From: Stellaceae bacterium
Lineage (GTDB): Bacteria > Pseudomonadota > Alphaproteobacteria > ATCC43930 > CGMCC-115725
Direction of reading: 5' to 3'
Assembly: GCA_035570935.1 (NCBI GenBank)
Contig: DATMKU010000032.1
Span: 7,192-71,191 of the forward strand
Length of the DNA: 64,000 bases
Shown here in pieces: positions 55,058 through 63,419 of the stretch; positions within the stretch are counted from its first letter, which is position 1, and each line of letters starts with the position of its first letter. The translations under genes were made by a program, and so were the position numbers. Under the pieces are notes generated by a model. That model ran no database searches and had not been told where the DNA came from. It saw nothing but the letters and a program-made list of their open reading frames with translations.

Positions 55058-55954
55058 TCACCCCAGCATCGAGCGGATGAAAGTGCAGCCGGCTTCGATC
55101 GCCCGCTGGCCGGCCTTCAGCTCGGGATGGAAGAGGTGCCAGACGTGGATCATCTCGGGCCAGATCTGCAGATCGACCCGCACATCGGCAGCCCCCGCGA
55201 CCCCGGCCAGGCGCAGCGCGTCGTCGAGCAGCGTCTCGCAGGCGCCGACCTGGATCAAGAGCGGGGCGAGGCCATCGAGATCGCCGTAAATCGGCGCCGC
55301 CAATGGCGCGCGCGGGTTGGCGCCGTTCAGGTACATCTTGGCCATGTCGAGAATGCCGGCGCGCTGGACGGTCGGGTCGGCGGCGGCGCGGCTCGTCATC
55401 GTCTCGCCGATGGCTTCCATATCGACCCAGGGCGAAATGCACCAGCCGCAACCCGGCTGCGCGAGCCCGGCGTCGCGGATCGCCAGCATCGCGGCGACGA
55501 CCAGCCCGCCGCCGGCACTGTCGCCGGCGATCGCGACCCGGTCCGGTCGGATGCCGCGCCCCAAGAGAAAGCGATAGCCGGCGACCGCATCGTCGACCGC
55601 CGCCGGAAACGGATGCTCCGGCGCGAGCCGGTAATCAAGCGCCAATGCCGCGATCCCGGCGGCCCGGCCGGCCGCCGCCACCAGATGGCGGTGGCTGTCG
55701 CGCGAGCCGATCACATAACCGCCGCCGTGCAGATACAAGAGCGCCGCGTCGCGCGCGTCGTTCGGCGTCGCCGTCCATTCGGCGCCTATCCCGTTGGCGT
55801 TCACCGGCTCGACCCCAACATCGGCGGCGAGCCCATAGGTCAAGCCGCGGGCGTCGATATCCCGGCGCCGCTGGCGGTAATCATCCGACCGCGGCCGCGC
55901 CGCCAGTTTAGCGCGCAACGCAGTGATTTCCGTGTCGCTCATGGCGGTCTCCAT
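55058..55954 (-). CDS. Alpha/beta hydrolase (hormone-sensitive-lipase-type esterase)
   Basis: Reads LYLHGGGYVIGS (HGGG oxyanion motif) and IAGDSAGGGLV (GDSAG nucleophile elbow), with downstream Asp/His. Confidence 0.88.
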   Translation of the reverse strand: METAMSDTEITALRAKLAARPRSDDYRQRRRDIDARGLTYGLAADVGVEPVNANGIGAEWTATPNDARDAALLYLHGGGYVIGSRDSHRHLVAAAGRAAGIAALALDYRLAPEHPFPAAVDDAVAGYRFLLGRGIRPDRVAIAGDSAGGGLVVAAMLAIRDAGLAQPGCGWCISPWVDMEAIGETMTSRAAADPTVQRAGILDMAKMYLNGANPRAPLAAPIYGDLDGLAPLLIQVGACETLLDDALRLAGVAGAADVRVDLQIWPEMIHVWHLFHPELKAGQRAIEAGCTFIRSMLG

Positions 55955-55984
55955 TTTGCCCGGTCTCAGTTCCGCACTGCCGCT

Positions 55985-56881
55985 TCACAAGAGGTCCGTT
56001 ACCGCCTCGCGATAGCGGGCGATCGCCGCCAGATGCTCGGCGGCGCTATGGCCGGCGATGCGCTTGTGGTGGTTGCTGGCGTAGGTCGTGTGCGCGGTGA
56101 GGTGGGTGACCCCGGCCTCTTTCCAGAACCGGACCTCGCGCCGCCAATCCTCGGGGCCGCCGGAACCTGGGGAGACCCAGACCTCGATCCCGATCGCCGC
56201 CGGGTCGCGCCCGGCCTCGCGGGCCAACCCCCGCAATTTCGCGAAAGCCGCCAATGCCGCCTCGCCCGGCGGATAGGCAAGCGGCATAAAGCCGTCGCCA
56301 TAGCGTGCACAGCGTCGAAAGGTCGCCTCGGCGTGCCCGCCATACCAGATCGGCACGCGCCCCGAAGCCGGGCGCGGGTTGATGCCGGCGTCTTCAACAT
56401 GGTGGAACTCGCCCTCGAAGCGGACGTGCGGCGCGGCCCACAACGCCTGCATGATCCGCACCTGTTCCGCCGAACGGCGCCCGCGATTGTGAAAATTCTC
56501 GTTGAGGCCGATGAATTCAACCTCGTTCCAGCCGACCCCGATGCCGAGCCGAAAGCGCCCCCCGGACAGCACATCGAGCGAGGCCGCCTGCTTTGCAACC
56601 AGCACCGCCTGGCGCTGTGCCAGGATCAGGACGCCGACGGCAAAGCCGATATTGTACGTGCAGCCCGACAAAAACCCGAACAGGACAAACGGGTCGTGAT
56701 AGGCGGTGGCGGTGGTGCCGACCCGGCGCCCCTCGTGGTCCGCCGCCGGGTTGACGCCGAGCACATGATCGGGTGCCATCAGATGGGTAAAGCCGAGGCC
56801 CTCGGCCGCTTGCGCATAGTCGCGCAAGACGAGGGGACCGGTACCGATATCGCCGACCGGCAGCGAGCACCCGAGTTGCAT
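55985..56881 (-). CDS. Luciferase-like monooxygenase (LLM) class oxidoreductase, F420-dependent-like subgroup
   Basis: Reads MQLGCSLP......YAQAAEGLGFTHL...DHV.......LDVLSGGRFRLGIGVGWNE.EF..L...F..RG.R..E......W. The ATG at 56881 lies inside track ORF 55985-57118. Confidence 0.8.
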   Translation of the reverse strand: MQLGCSLPVGDIGTGPLVLRDYAQAAEGLGFTHLMAPDHVLGVNPAADHEGRRVGTTATAYHDPFVLFGFLSGCTYNIGFAVGVLILAQRQAVLVAKQAASLDVLSGGRFRLGIGVGWNEVEFIGLNENFHNRGRRSAEQVRIMQALWAAPHVRFEGEFHHVEDAGINPRPASGRVPIWYGGHAEATFRRCARYGDGFMPLAYPPGEAALAAFAKLRGLAREAGRDPAAIGIEVWVSPGSGGPEDWRREVRFWKEAGVTHLTAHTTYASNHHKRIAGHSAAEHLAAIARYREAVTDLL

Positions 56882-56903
56882 GTGAAAATCCCTCTCCGAG
56901 ATA

Positions 56904-57806
56904 TCAGTCGGCAAAGGCGGCGAACACTTGCTGGAGCGCGGTCCTGGGGTCGCCGTCGGCGGAAAGCGGCACCAGCACCGGGGTGCGGATGCCGGCGTCA
57001 CGCCATGCCTCGACCCCGTCGCGGATCTTCGCCGCGGGCCCGAACAAGGCGATGTCGGCGAGCCAGCGATCGGGCAGGTATTTTTCGATTTCGTCGGTGC
57101 GGCCCGCGGCGAGCACATTTTCGATCGACGTCATCTCCTCGGCGTAGCCCGCTTCCTTCCAATAATTCCGGTAATTCGGCATGAGCGCATAATTCGAGAC
57201 CGTACGCCGCAACACGGCCTTGGCCTCGCTCTCGTCGTCGCTGACGCAGGTGCGGATGCGGTTGCCGATAAAAAAATCCGGGTCGCTGCACTTGTCAGCC
57301 GGCAGGATGCCGAGCGAGGCCGCCGTATGCGAGCGGGCGGCATTGGCAAAGAGGAGACCGTCGGCAATCTCGGCGGCGAGCGCCACCATGCGCCGGCGCA
57401 GCGCGGCGAGGATAATCGGCGGCAAGGCGCCGATGCCGTCGAAGGACCTGACCTTGGCGACAAAGTCGCGGATGTCGGCGAGCGGCCGGCCCGGCGTCAC
57501 CCCCATGCGCTGATGGGCGGGCCCATGGGCGACGCCGATGCCGAACTGAAAGCGGCCGCCCGACACCTCGTGCAGATAGTCGGCGAATTCCTCGGCGGTA
57601 GCGGCGTGGATCGGCGCGATCGCGGTGGCAAACGGGATTTGCTCGGTCGCGAAGGCCAGCCCCAGGCATTGCGACATGTTGCTGTACTGGCTCGATATCG
57701 AGATGCCGGCAAAGCCGCGCCGCTCGATCTCGCGCGCAAGCTCGAGCGTGGCGCGCCGCTGCCCCGGTCCGGCGACCAGGTTCAACGCCGGTAACGGCGC
57801 CGGCAT
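56904..57806 (-). CDS. LLM class flavin-dependent oxidoreductase
   Basis: Reads LELAREIERRGFAGISISS...SGGRFQFGIGV.HGP......G.......D..., a TIM-barrel luciferase-like pattern. 300 aa. Confidence 0.78.
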   Translation of the reverse strand: MPAPLPALNLVAGPGQRRATLELAREIERRGFAGISISSQYSNMSQCLGLAFATEQIPFATAIAPIHAATAEEFADYLHEVSGGRFQFGIGVAHGPAHQRMGVTPGRPLADIRDFVAKVRSFDGIGALPPIILAALRRRMVALAAEIADGLLFANAARSHTAASLGILPADKCSDPDFFIGNRIRTCVSDDESEAKAVLRRTVSNYALMPNYRNYWKEAGYAEEMTSIENVLAAGRTDEIEKYLPDRWLADIALFGPAAKIRDGVEAWRDAGIRTPVLVPLSADGDPRTALQQVFAAFAD

Positions 57807-57924
57807 CGCTTAGACCAGCCTCGAAAGCGCGCGATCAATCGGCTCTGTCATCCGTCCCCCGCTCCAACTCTCCGGCGATCTTGACAACGAGCTTGGCTTG
57901 CGTCGAGGGATTAGCGCTGTATCC

Positions 57925-58766
57925 TCAGAATGCGTCCCACACGGCGCGGATCCGGCGCCGCTGGTCGGCATCCGGGAGGCGGCCAAAGCCGGCGGCAAGA
58001 TTATCTTCCATATGCTCGGGGTCGCGGGTCGCCGGGATCACACAGGTCACCGCGGGCTCGGCCAGGATGTATTTGAGCAGCAGCTGGGCCCAGCTCGTGC
58101 AATCGATTTCGCCGGCCCAGTCCGGCAGCTGGCGGCCGCGCACCCGGCTCAACACGCTGCCCTGGCCAAGCGGCTGGTTGACGATGACCGCGACCCCGCG
58201 GGCCGCCGCGATCGGCAGCAATTCGCGTTCGGCCGCTTGCTCGGCCGGCGAATGGCCGCATTGGACAAAATCGATGCCGGGCTCGGTTTCGAGGATGCGG
58301 ACGAGATACGGGAGCGCGCGGGCCGTGTAATGCGTGAGCCCGATATAGCGGACGCGCCCCTCCTCTTTCATTTGTCGCATGGTGGCGAGATGGGTTCGCC
58401 AGTCGACCAAATTACGGATCTGCATCAGGTCAATGACCCGGGTGCGCAGCAAGGCGGCCGAGTGCCGCATTTTCACTATACCTTTGTCGCGGCCGGTGGT
58501 CCACACCTTGGTCGCTAGAAAGGCGCGCAGCCGCGCCCCGAGATCGGCGAGCAGGTCGCCCACCGCGCCCTCGGCCCGGCCGTACATCGGCGAGCTGTCG
58601 ATCATCCGCGCGTCCGCATCGAGCAGCGGCGCACGACCTCGCGCAACGGCCGCCGCGCGCGCTCGTCGGCGCCGACATCGAACATCGGCCAAGTGCCGAG
58701 CCCGATGACCGGCATCGCTTCGCCGGTCGACGGGATCGGGCGCGACAATATCGGCTTGGCGGGCAT
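57925..58766 (-). pseudogene. Aldo/keto reductase with a single frameshift near codon 45
   Basis: The frame from the ATG at 58766 reads MPAKPILSRPIPSTGEAMPVIGLGTWPMFDVGADERARRPLREVVRR and then hits a premature stop. The continuation LLDADARMIDSSPMYGRAEG...IGLTHYT...VIPATRDPEHMEDN lies in the frame of track ORF 57925-58827. The switch is at about 58621-58635 (cgccgctgctc). Confidence 0.75.
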
Positions 58767-58898
58767 CGTGATCGCACTCCTCGGATCGCGTTGCCGAACT
58801 CTTGCCGCATTCGGCCGGGTTCACCACTATCTAATCGAGCGCCCCGGAGCGAAGAGCCGTTAGGGCACGCCCGATCCCGCGCACACTCAGGAGGAAAT

Positions 58899-59156
58899 GT
58901 GACCCGACCCCGCGCCGCCGACGATTTCGATACCATTCACGAGCGGATCAAGGAACTACGCCGCGAAACCGCCGCCGCCCCGCCGGTCGAAGCCAGCCAG
59001 CCTACGCACGCCGAGGCGTCGCTGACCGACAAAGAGCGCCGGCTAAAGGACCGACGCGAAGGTCTTCCGCCGCCCTGGGCACCAACGATCTTTATCAAGA
59101 GGCCGACCAATAGCGAAATCGCCCGCCGCTTCTGGCATGCCCGCTCCGGGTGGTAA
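58899..59156 (+). CDS. Hypothetical small protein
   Basis: The GTG at 58899 is preceded by AGGAGGA. Reads TRPRAADDFDTIHERIKELRRE...DKERRLKDRREGLPPPW. I recognise no family. Confidence 0.45.
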   Translation: MTRPRAADDFDTIHERIKELRRETAAAPPVEASQPTHAEASLTDKERRLKDRREGLPPPWAPTIFIKRPTNSEIARRFWHARSGW

Positions 59157-59392
59157 GTGCGCGAACCTACCGTTGGCATCGGCTCGATCAGCCGAGGTCG
59201 ATTTCGAACAAGCGAACGCCGATGCGTCGTCGGCTGGGAGTACGGGCGCCGGAGCCGGGCACCCGCAATATCCTTTACCGCGGTACCCGCGAACGTGTCA
59301 CAAAAAATTTACAGGCTAACCGTCGCCGAACGCCAATCTACGGGATAACTACGTGTCGTTCGGGTTGCGATGGATCGAAAGGGGGAAACGTT

Positions 59393-59536
59393 ATGATCGT
59401 CTGCCCGGGCTACGGCATCACACCCACAATATCAAATTACGCCTTTGTCGAAAAAAATCTTACTGTGCAGCCTCGATCACGAAACAATTTGACATGTATG
59501 GAGATTCTCCGTCGATCGATCTTTGATTCGGACTGA
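59393..59536 (+). CDS. Possible 47-aa upstream ORF coupled to the regulator gene (weak call)
   Basis: The ATG at 59393 is preceded by AAGGGGGA. Its stop TGA (59534-59536) overlaps the ATG of the GAF-AraC gene (TGATG). Codon usage is AT-rich and atypical. Confidence 0.25.
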   Translation: MIVCPGYGITPTISNYAFVEKNLTVQPRSRNNLTCMEILRRSIFDSD

Positions 59537-60912
59537 TGATGGGCCTGATCCGCTCTAACATCTCGATCGACATTGCCGCGCCACGCGGCGAGGAGCTCTA
59601 TTCGGTCGCTCGCGCGGATGCACTGGCGCAAGGCAGTGGCGGAGTGGCGGCTTCGTGGCTGCGATCGGCGAACACCCACCAGGTTGATCCCGACAGCGGC
59701 GACGCGCCCCGGATTCTCACCTCCCGCGAGTTGAAGGAGCTTCGCGGTCCGCTCGACCAATTGATCGTCAGCGCGCAGGAGGAGATCGATCGGCTTTATA
59801 AGGTGGTGCGCGAGGCGGGTTACACGCTTCTCTTCTGCGACAGCGGAGGCGTCGCGGTCGACCATCGGGGTGACGACGCCGACGCAACTCTCTTTAAACA
59901 TTGGGGAACCTGGCTTGGCGGAGTATGGTCCGAAGCGGTCGAGGGAACCAACGGCATCGGCACCTGCATCGCTGAAGAGCGCCCGATAACTGTTCATCGA
60001 ACCGAGCATTTTCGATCGAGGCACAAAGATCTCAGTTGCTCGGCCGCGCCGGTGTTCGATGTCGACGGGTCGCTGATTGCCGTCCTGGATGTTTCCGCGG
60101 TCGATCCCGAACGTTCGGAGCGCGCCCACGCGCTGACCGGTGCCCTTACCGCGTCGTCAGCCCGCGCCATCGAAGAGCGAATCTTTCGCGAGCAGTTCCG
60201 CCGACAATGGATCGTTGCGGTTGGCGCACCGCAAGCCGGCGCTTCGGGCTTGTTGCTGGCGGCAGATGGCCACCAGCGCATCGTCGGGGCCAATCGAGCT
60301 GCGCGCACTTCGCTGCTGTTGGACGATTTCAGGCTGCGGTCCGGTGTCAGCCTGTGGGCCTTTTTCGAACGAGATCTTGCGCTCTTTGGCCGCAAGGACA
60401 CGGCCGATGTCCCCACACGCCTGATCGTCGCCGGCAGCGACGAGACCTGGCCGGCGCTGCTCACGCCGCCCGAACGAGCTTCAGGTGAGTGGCAAAGTAT
60501 CGCGACGGCCGCTCTCCACGCCCGCCCGCGGCTCGATCAACTTGCGGCATTGCAACGATCGGAGCCGCCTCCGCAAGCGCGCGGCGGCCTGTCGCCGGGC
60601 GCCGGCCGACGGGTTCGCGAACACGTCGACGCTCACCTTAGCGAGAACATCGATCTCGCCGGGCTCGCCGCCATCGCCGGACTGTCCGTCTATCACTTCG
60701 CGCGCGCCTTTAAGCAATCGACCGGTGTGACGCCGCATCACTACCTCGTTAAGCGACGCATCGAACGAGCAAAGGAGATGTTGGCGTGCACCAAGGAACC
60801 GCTGGCCGAGATCGCGTTGGCCACCGGCTTTTCCGACCAGAGCCATCTGGCGCGCCATTTTCGACAAATTCTCGGAACCACCCCGAGCCAATACCGCTGG
60901 TCGCAGCGATAG
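59536..60912 (+). CDS. Transcriptional regulator with an AcoR-type N-terminal GAF-like sensor domain and a C-terminal AraC/XylS HTH domain
   Basis: The N-terminal region reads SWLRSANTHQVDP...LDQLI..AQEEIDRLYKVV.EAGY.LLFCD..GV.V......D...F...G...G.VWSE..EGTNGIGTCI.E.RP.TVHR.EHF......L.C.AAPVFD.DG.L.AVLDVS. The C-terminal region reads LAGLAAIAGLSVYHFARAFKQSTGVTPHHYL...RIERAKEML......L.EIALATGFSDQSHLARHFR...G.TPSQYR. Confidence 0.85.
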   Translation: MMGLIRSNISIDIAAPRGEELYSVARADALAQGSGGVAASWLRSANTHQVDPDSGDAPRILTSRELKELRGPLDQLIVSAQEEIDRLYKVVREAGYTLLFCDSGGVAVDHRGDDADATLFKHWGTWLGGVWSEAVEGTNGIGTCIAEERPITVHRTEHFRSRHKDLSCSAAPVFDVDGSLIAVLDVSAVDPERSERAHALTGALTASSARAIEERIFREQFRRQWIVAVGAPQAGASGLLLAADGHQRIVGANRAARTSLLLDDFRLRSGVSLWAFFERDLALFGRKDTADVPTRLIVAGSDETWPALLTPPERASGEWQSIATAALHARPRLDQLAALQRSEPPPQARGGLSPGAGRRVREHVDAHLSENIDLAGLAAIAGLSVYHFARAFKQSTGVTPHHYLVKRRIERAKEMLACTKEPLAEIALATGFSDQSHLARHFRQILGTTPSQYRWSQR

Positions 60913-60965
60913 CGATGGTCAGGGGCGCACGGCGCTCCTCGCCGCACCAGCGGTGCGCTGGATCG

Positions 60966-61571
60966 TCAACCGCCCGCGATCCAATCCGCCATTCCGCTGG
61001 GCCTCCCGCTTGCCGGGAATAGCGGCCGGGCGCGCCGCCGCGAGCGCGTCCCGCGTCCCAAAGGCCGGGCGCAACGTCCATGGCCTCGAAATGGGTGGGC
61101 GATGCGTCGCGGCTCGCCGGTCGACTGCAGCGCTTCGGCCAATTGGCGTTCGAGCGCCGTCAATCGTGCGGCGAGCGCCGCGAGATCCACCGGTGAGGGC
61201 ATTTCCGATCCAGATGAATCCAACGTCGGGTCGGGCGCCGACCGCGCCGGCGGAACCGCGGCTGCCAAACGACGAACGACACCGGTAAACCGATAGCCCC
61301 GGCCAAATTCGGTGCGGATCAGATCTCGGTCACCGGCGAGAGCCCCGCGCAGCTCCGAAACCTGGACCTTCAGGTTGTCCTCGCTGACGACGATCCCCGG
61401 CCAAACCCGGTCCAACAACTCAGCCTTCTTGACGAGCAATCCCTCGGCCTCGATCAGAACCATCAGAAGGTCGAAAGCGCGCGTCCCGAGCTTGACCGGC
61501 ACCCCATTGGCCAGCAACTCGCGGCGGCGCAGCAATACGCGAAAATGGCCGAATTCCAGGCACGCACTCAT
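60966..61571 (-). CDS. Winged-helix (OmpR/CadC trans_reg_C type) DNA-binding protein with no recognisable receiver or effector domain
   Basis: Reads FGHFRVLLRRRELLANGVPVKLGTRAFDLLMVLIEAEGLLVKKAELLDRVWPGIVVSEDNLKVQVSELRGALAGDRDLIRTEFGRGYRF. The ATG at 61571 lies inside track ORF 60966-61667. The C-terminal ~90 aa are low-complexity. Confidence 0.7.
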   Translation of the reverse strand: MSACLEFGHFRVLLRRRELLANGVPVKLGTRAFDLLMVLIEAEGLLVKKAELLDRVWPGIVVSEDNLKVQVSELRGALAGDRDLIRTEFGRGYRFTGVVRRLAAAVPPARSAPDPTLDSSGSEMPSPVDLAALAARLTALERQLAEALQSTGEPRRIAHPFRGHGRCARPLGRGTRSRRRARPLFPASGRPSGMADWIAGG

Positions 61572-62044
61572 TGCTGTGGGCTTGGACCGACATTCGGCGA
61601 TACGCGGCGGATTGTCGCCGAGCGTCTGCTGCCGCTCCTCGTCCGGTGTGGCGAATGGGATTTGCATAGCTAGCCTCCCGTGAGTTTACGGTCGGCGAAA
61701 TAGGCGCAAGCGCGCATTTGCTCTTGAACAGCCTTGCTCGGAATGGAACAGGTTTGCTGCGCAGCGGGAGCCTTATCGAGATTCGCGTGGGATGTTCATC
61801 CGATGGGTTCTGCCGGCATCGCCGGGGTCATCGCGGACGTGCGGCCAAGTGGCACGCGGCGGCTAACACGCAGCTCAAACGCACGCGCCCGAGGCCCGCG
61901 ATTTCAGATGACCGCAAATGCCGGCTGCTGCACCCCGTAGGGATTGATTTTATTGATGCTTGAGTAGGTCGACATCGTAGAGGGTCAGCATTGTGGTCAC
62001 TGCTCTCGCGGCGGCGCTGGCTGGAGGATTAGAGCATGATCCTG

Positions 62045-62236
62045 TTAGGCTGAAGCATAGCCGGCATTGGCGAGGTAATTGGCGCATTCCTGTGGGGAGA
62101 AGCGGTCGAGGAGGCCGCCGATGCCGCGCCAAGCGGCTTCGATCGTGCGCGGGTCGGTTTTGCGGAGCAGGGTCTTCAGCTTGGCGAAGACCTGCTCGAT
62201 CGGATTGAGATCGGCGAGTAGCGCGGCAGGAAGAAC
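62045..62236 (-). mobile_element. IS630-family transposase, C-terminal fragment only
   Basis: Reads ..DLNPIEQVFAKLKTLLRKTDPRTIEAAWRGIGGLLDRFSPQECANYLANAGYASA*, the DDE third-residue region and tail. No N-terminal or catalytic core lies upstream. Confidence 0.75.
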
Positions 62237-62275
62237 AGCTTGGCGCCGGCGCGGCGGATCAGGCGGCGCACGCAG

Positions 62276-62405
62276 CTGGTTGGCAAGGGACAGACCCGGC
62301 TGGACGGTTGCGACGATCGTATCATCAGTCTCTATGCCCGCGGCCTGTCGGTTCGTGAGATCCAGGGGCATCTCTTGGAGCTTTATGGCGTTGAGGTTTC
62401 GTCAT
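62276..62405 (+). mobile_element. IS256-family (mutator-type) transposase, short internal fragment
   Basis: Reads ..[40 protein letters not shown].. and matches the conserved FDDKIISMYARGMTVREIQ.HL.ELYG.EVS block. Nothing recognisable follows. Confidence 0.7.
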
Positions 62406-62816
62406 CGCTCCATCCTCTCAAGAGTTGGAGCCTCCGACAAACCCGGTGCGGTTGATCACTCAATCTACAAAGGGCACCTGAAAACCCTCGATGACGAGGA
62501 TCTGCGGCGTTTGGAGGCGTGCGTCGCCGAACTTGCGGGGGAGCCCAAATACCGGAAGATGGCGGCGTTGGCCGAACTCTGGCCCCTTTTCCTTGTGCGG
62601 TCGCCGTTGTCCGAGCTCTGGAGAAAGACAACACCTCAGCCGTCAGTCGCAAACGACCGACCTGCGCTGCGACGCTATGGCACCTCCCTGCGCGCGAGCA
62701 CGTCGCTAACTGGGCGCTTGCCTCCCCGCCTACACGAGTCAAATAGATCTGGTTAGGTGCGTGCCTCGTCCACCCCAGCAGCGCCACGATCCAATCCACG
62801 CCAGGGCGTCACGGCT

Positions 62817-63236
62817 CTACCATGAACCGGTGTTGGCCATGCTGGTCCAGGGTTCTGCAGGCGCCAGCGCTTCGCCGGCCTGCAACAGCTCGAGGGAGAT
62901 GCCGTCCGGCGTGCGGATAAAGGCCATGCGGCCGTCGCGCGGCGGGCGGTTGATCGTGACACCGTGAGCGATAAAGGCCTTGCAGGTGTCGTAGATGTTG
63001 TCCACGGCGTAGGCGAGATGTCCGAAATTGCGGCCGCCGGTGTAGGGCTCGGGATCCCAGTTGTAGGTGAGCTCCACGGCAGCCGCCTCGTCGCCGGGAG
63101 CCGCGAGGAACACATTGGTGTAGCGGCCTTTCTCGTCCGGACGGCGGCGGATCTCGCGCAGGCCCAGCACCTCGAAGAATCCGATGGTGTCCTTCAGCGA
63201 ACTGACGCGGATCATCGTGTGCAAATATTTGGTCAT
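62817..63236 (-). CDS. gloA: Lactoylglutathione lyase (glyoxalase I)
   Basis: Reads MTKYLHTMIRVSSLKDTIGFFEVLGL.E.RR.....GRYT.VFL......A.VELTYNW....Y..G..FGHLAY.VD.IY..C......GV.I.RPPRDGRMAFI..PD.IS.ELL. The ATG at 63236 lies inside track ORF 62817-63410. Confidence 0.9.
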   Translation of the reverse strand: MTKYLHTMIRVSSLKDTIGFFEVLGLREIRRRPDEKGRYTNVFLAAPGDEAAAVELTYNWDPEPYTGGRNFGHLAYAVDNIYDTCKAFIAHGVTINRPPRDGRMAFIRTPDGISLELLQAGEALAPAEPWTSMANTGSW

Positions 63237-63318
63237 GGGGTGTCCTCCAGTCAGCGTGTTAGGGGTGACGCCGCAGCAAGGTCGCCGTGTGGTGATAGCA
63301 GAGCGAAGGCATTCCAGA

Positions 63319-63415
63319 TCCCTGCGCAGGCAGGGACCTATCTCTCCGGCGACGAATTGGTTGCTCGATGGGTCCCTGCCTGGCAGGGACCCGGCACATC
63401 GGGTGGCCACCCGAT
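63319..63415. repeat. Cluster of perfect palindromes between gloA and the aldolase gene
   Basis: Three palindromes: tccctgc-gcag-gcaggga (63319-63336), gggtccctgcc-t-ggcagggaccc (63370-63392, 11-bp arms), and atcgggtgg/ccacccgat (63398-63415, 18-bp perfect). The first two share the core TCCCTGC. Confidence 0.7.
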
Positions 63416-63419
63416 CCCC

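Noticed and set aside
55127-57184. A 685-aa plus-strand ORF.
   Set aside because: It is antisense to the esterase and the two LLM genes, all of which have diagnostic motifs (HGGG/GDSAG and luciferase-like blocks). This is a high-GC artefact.
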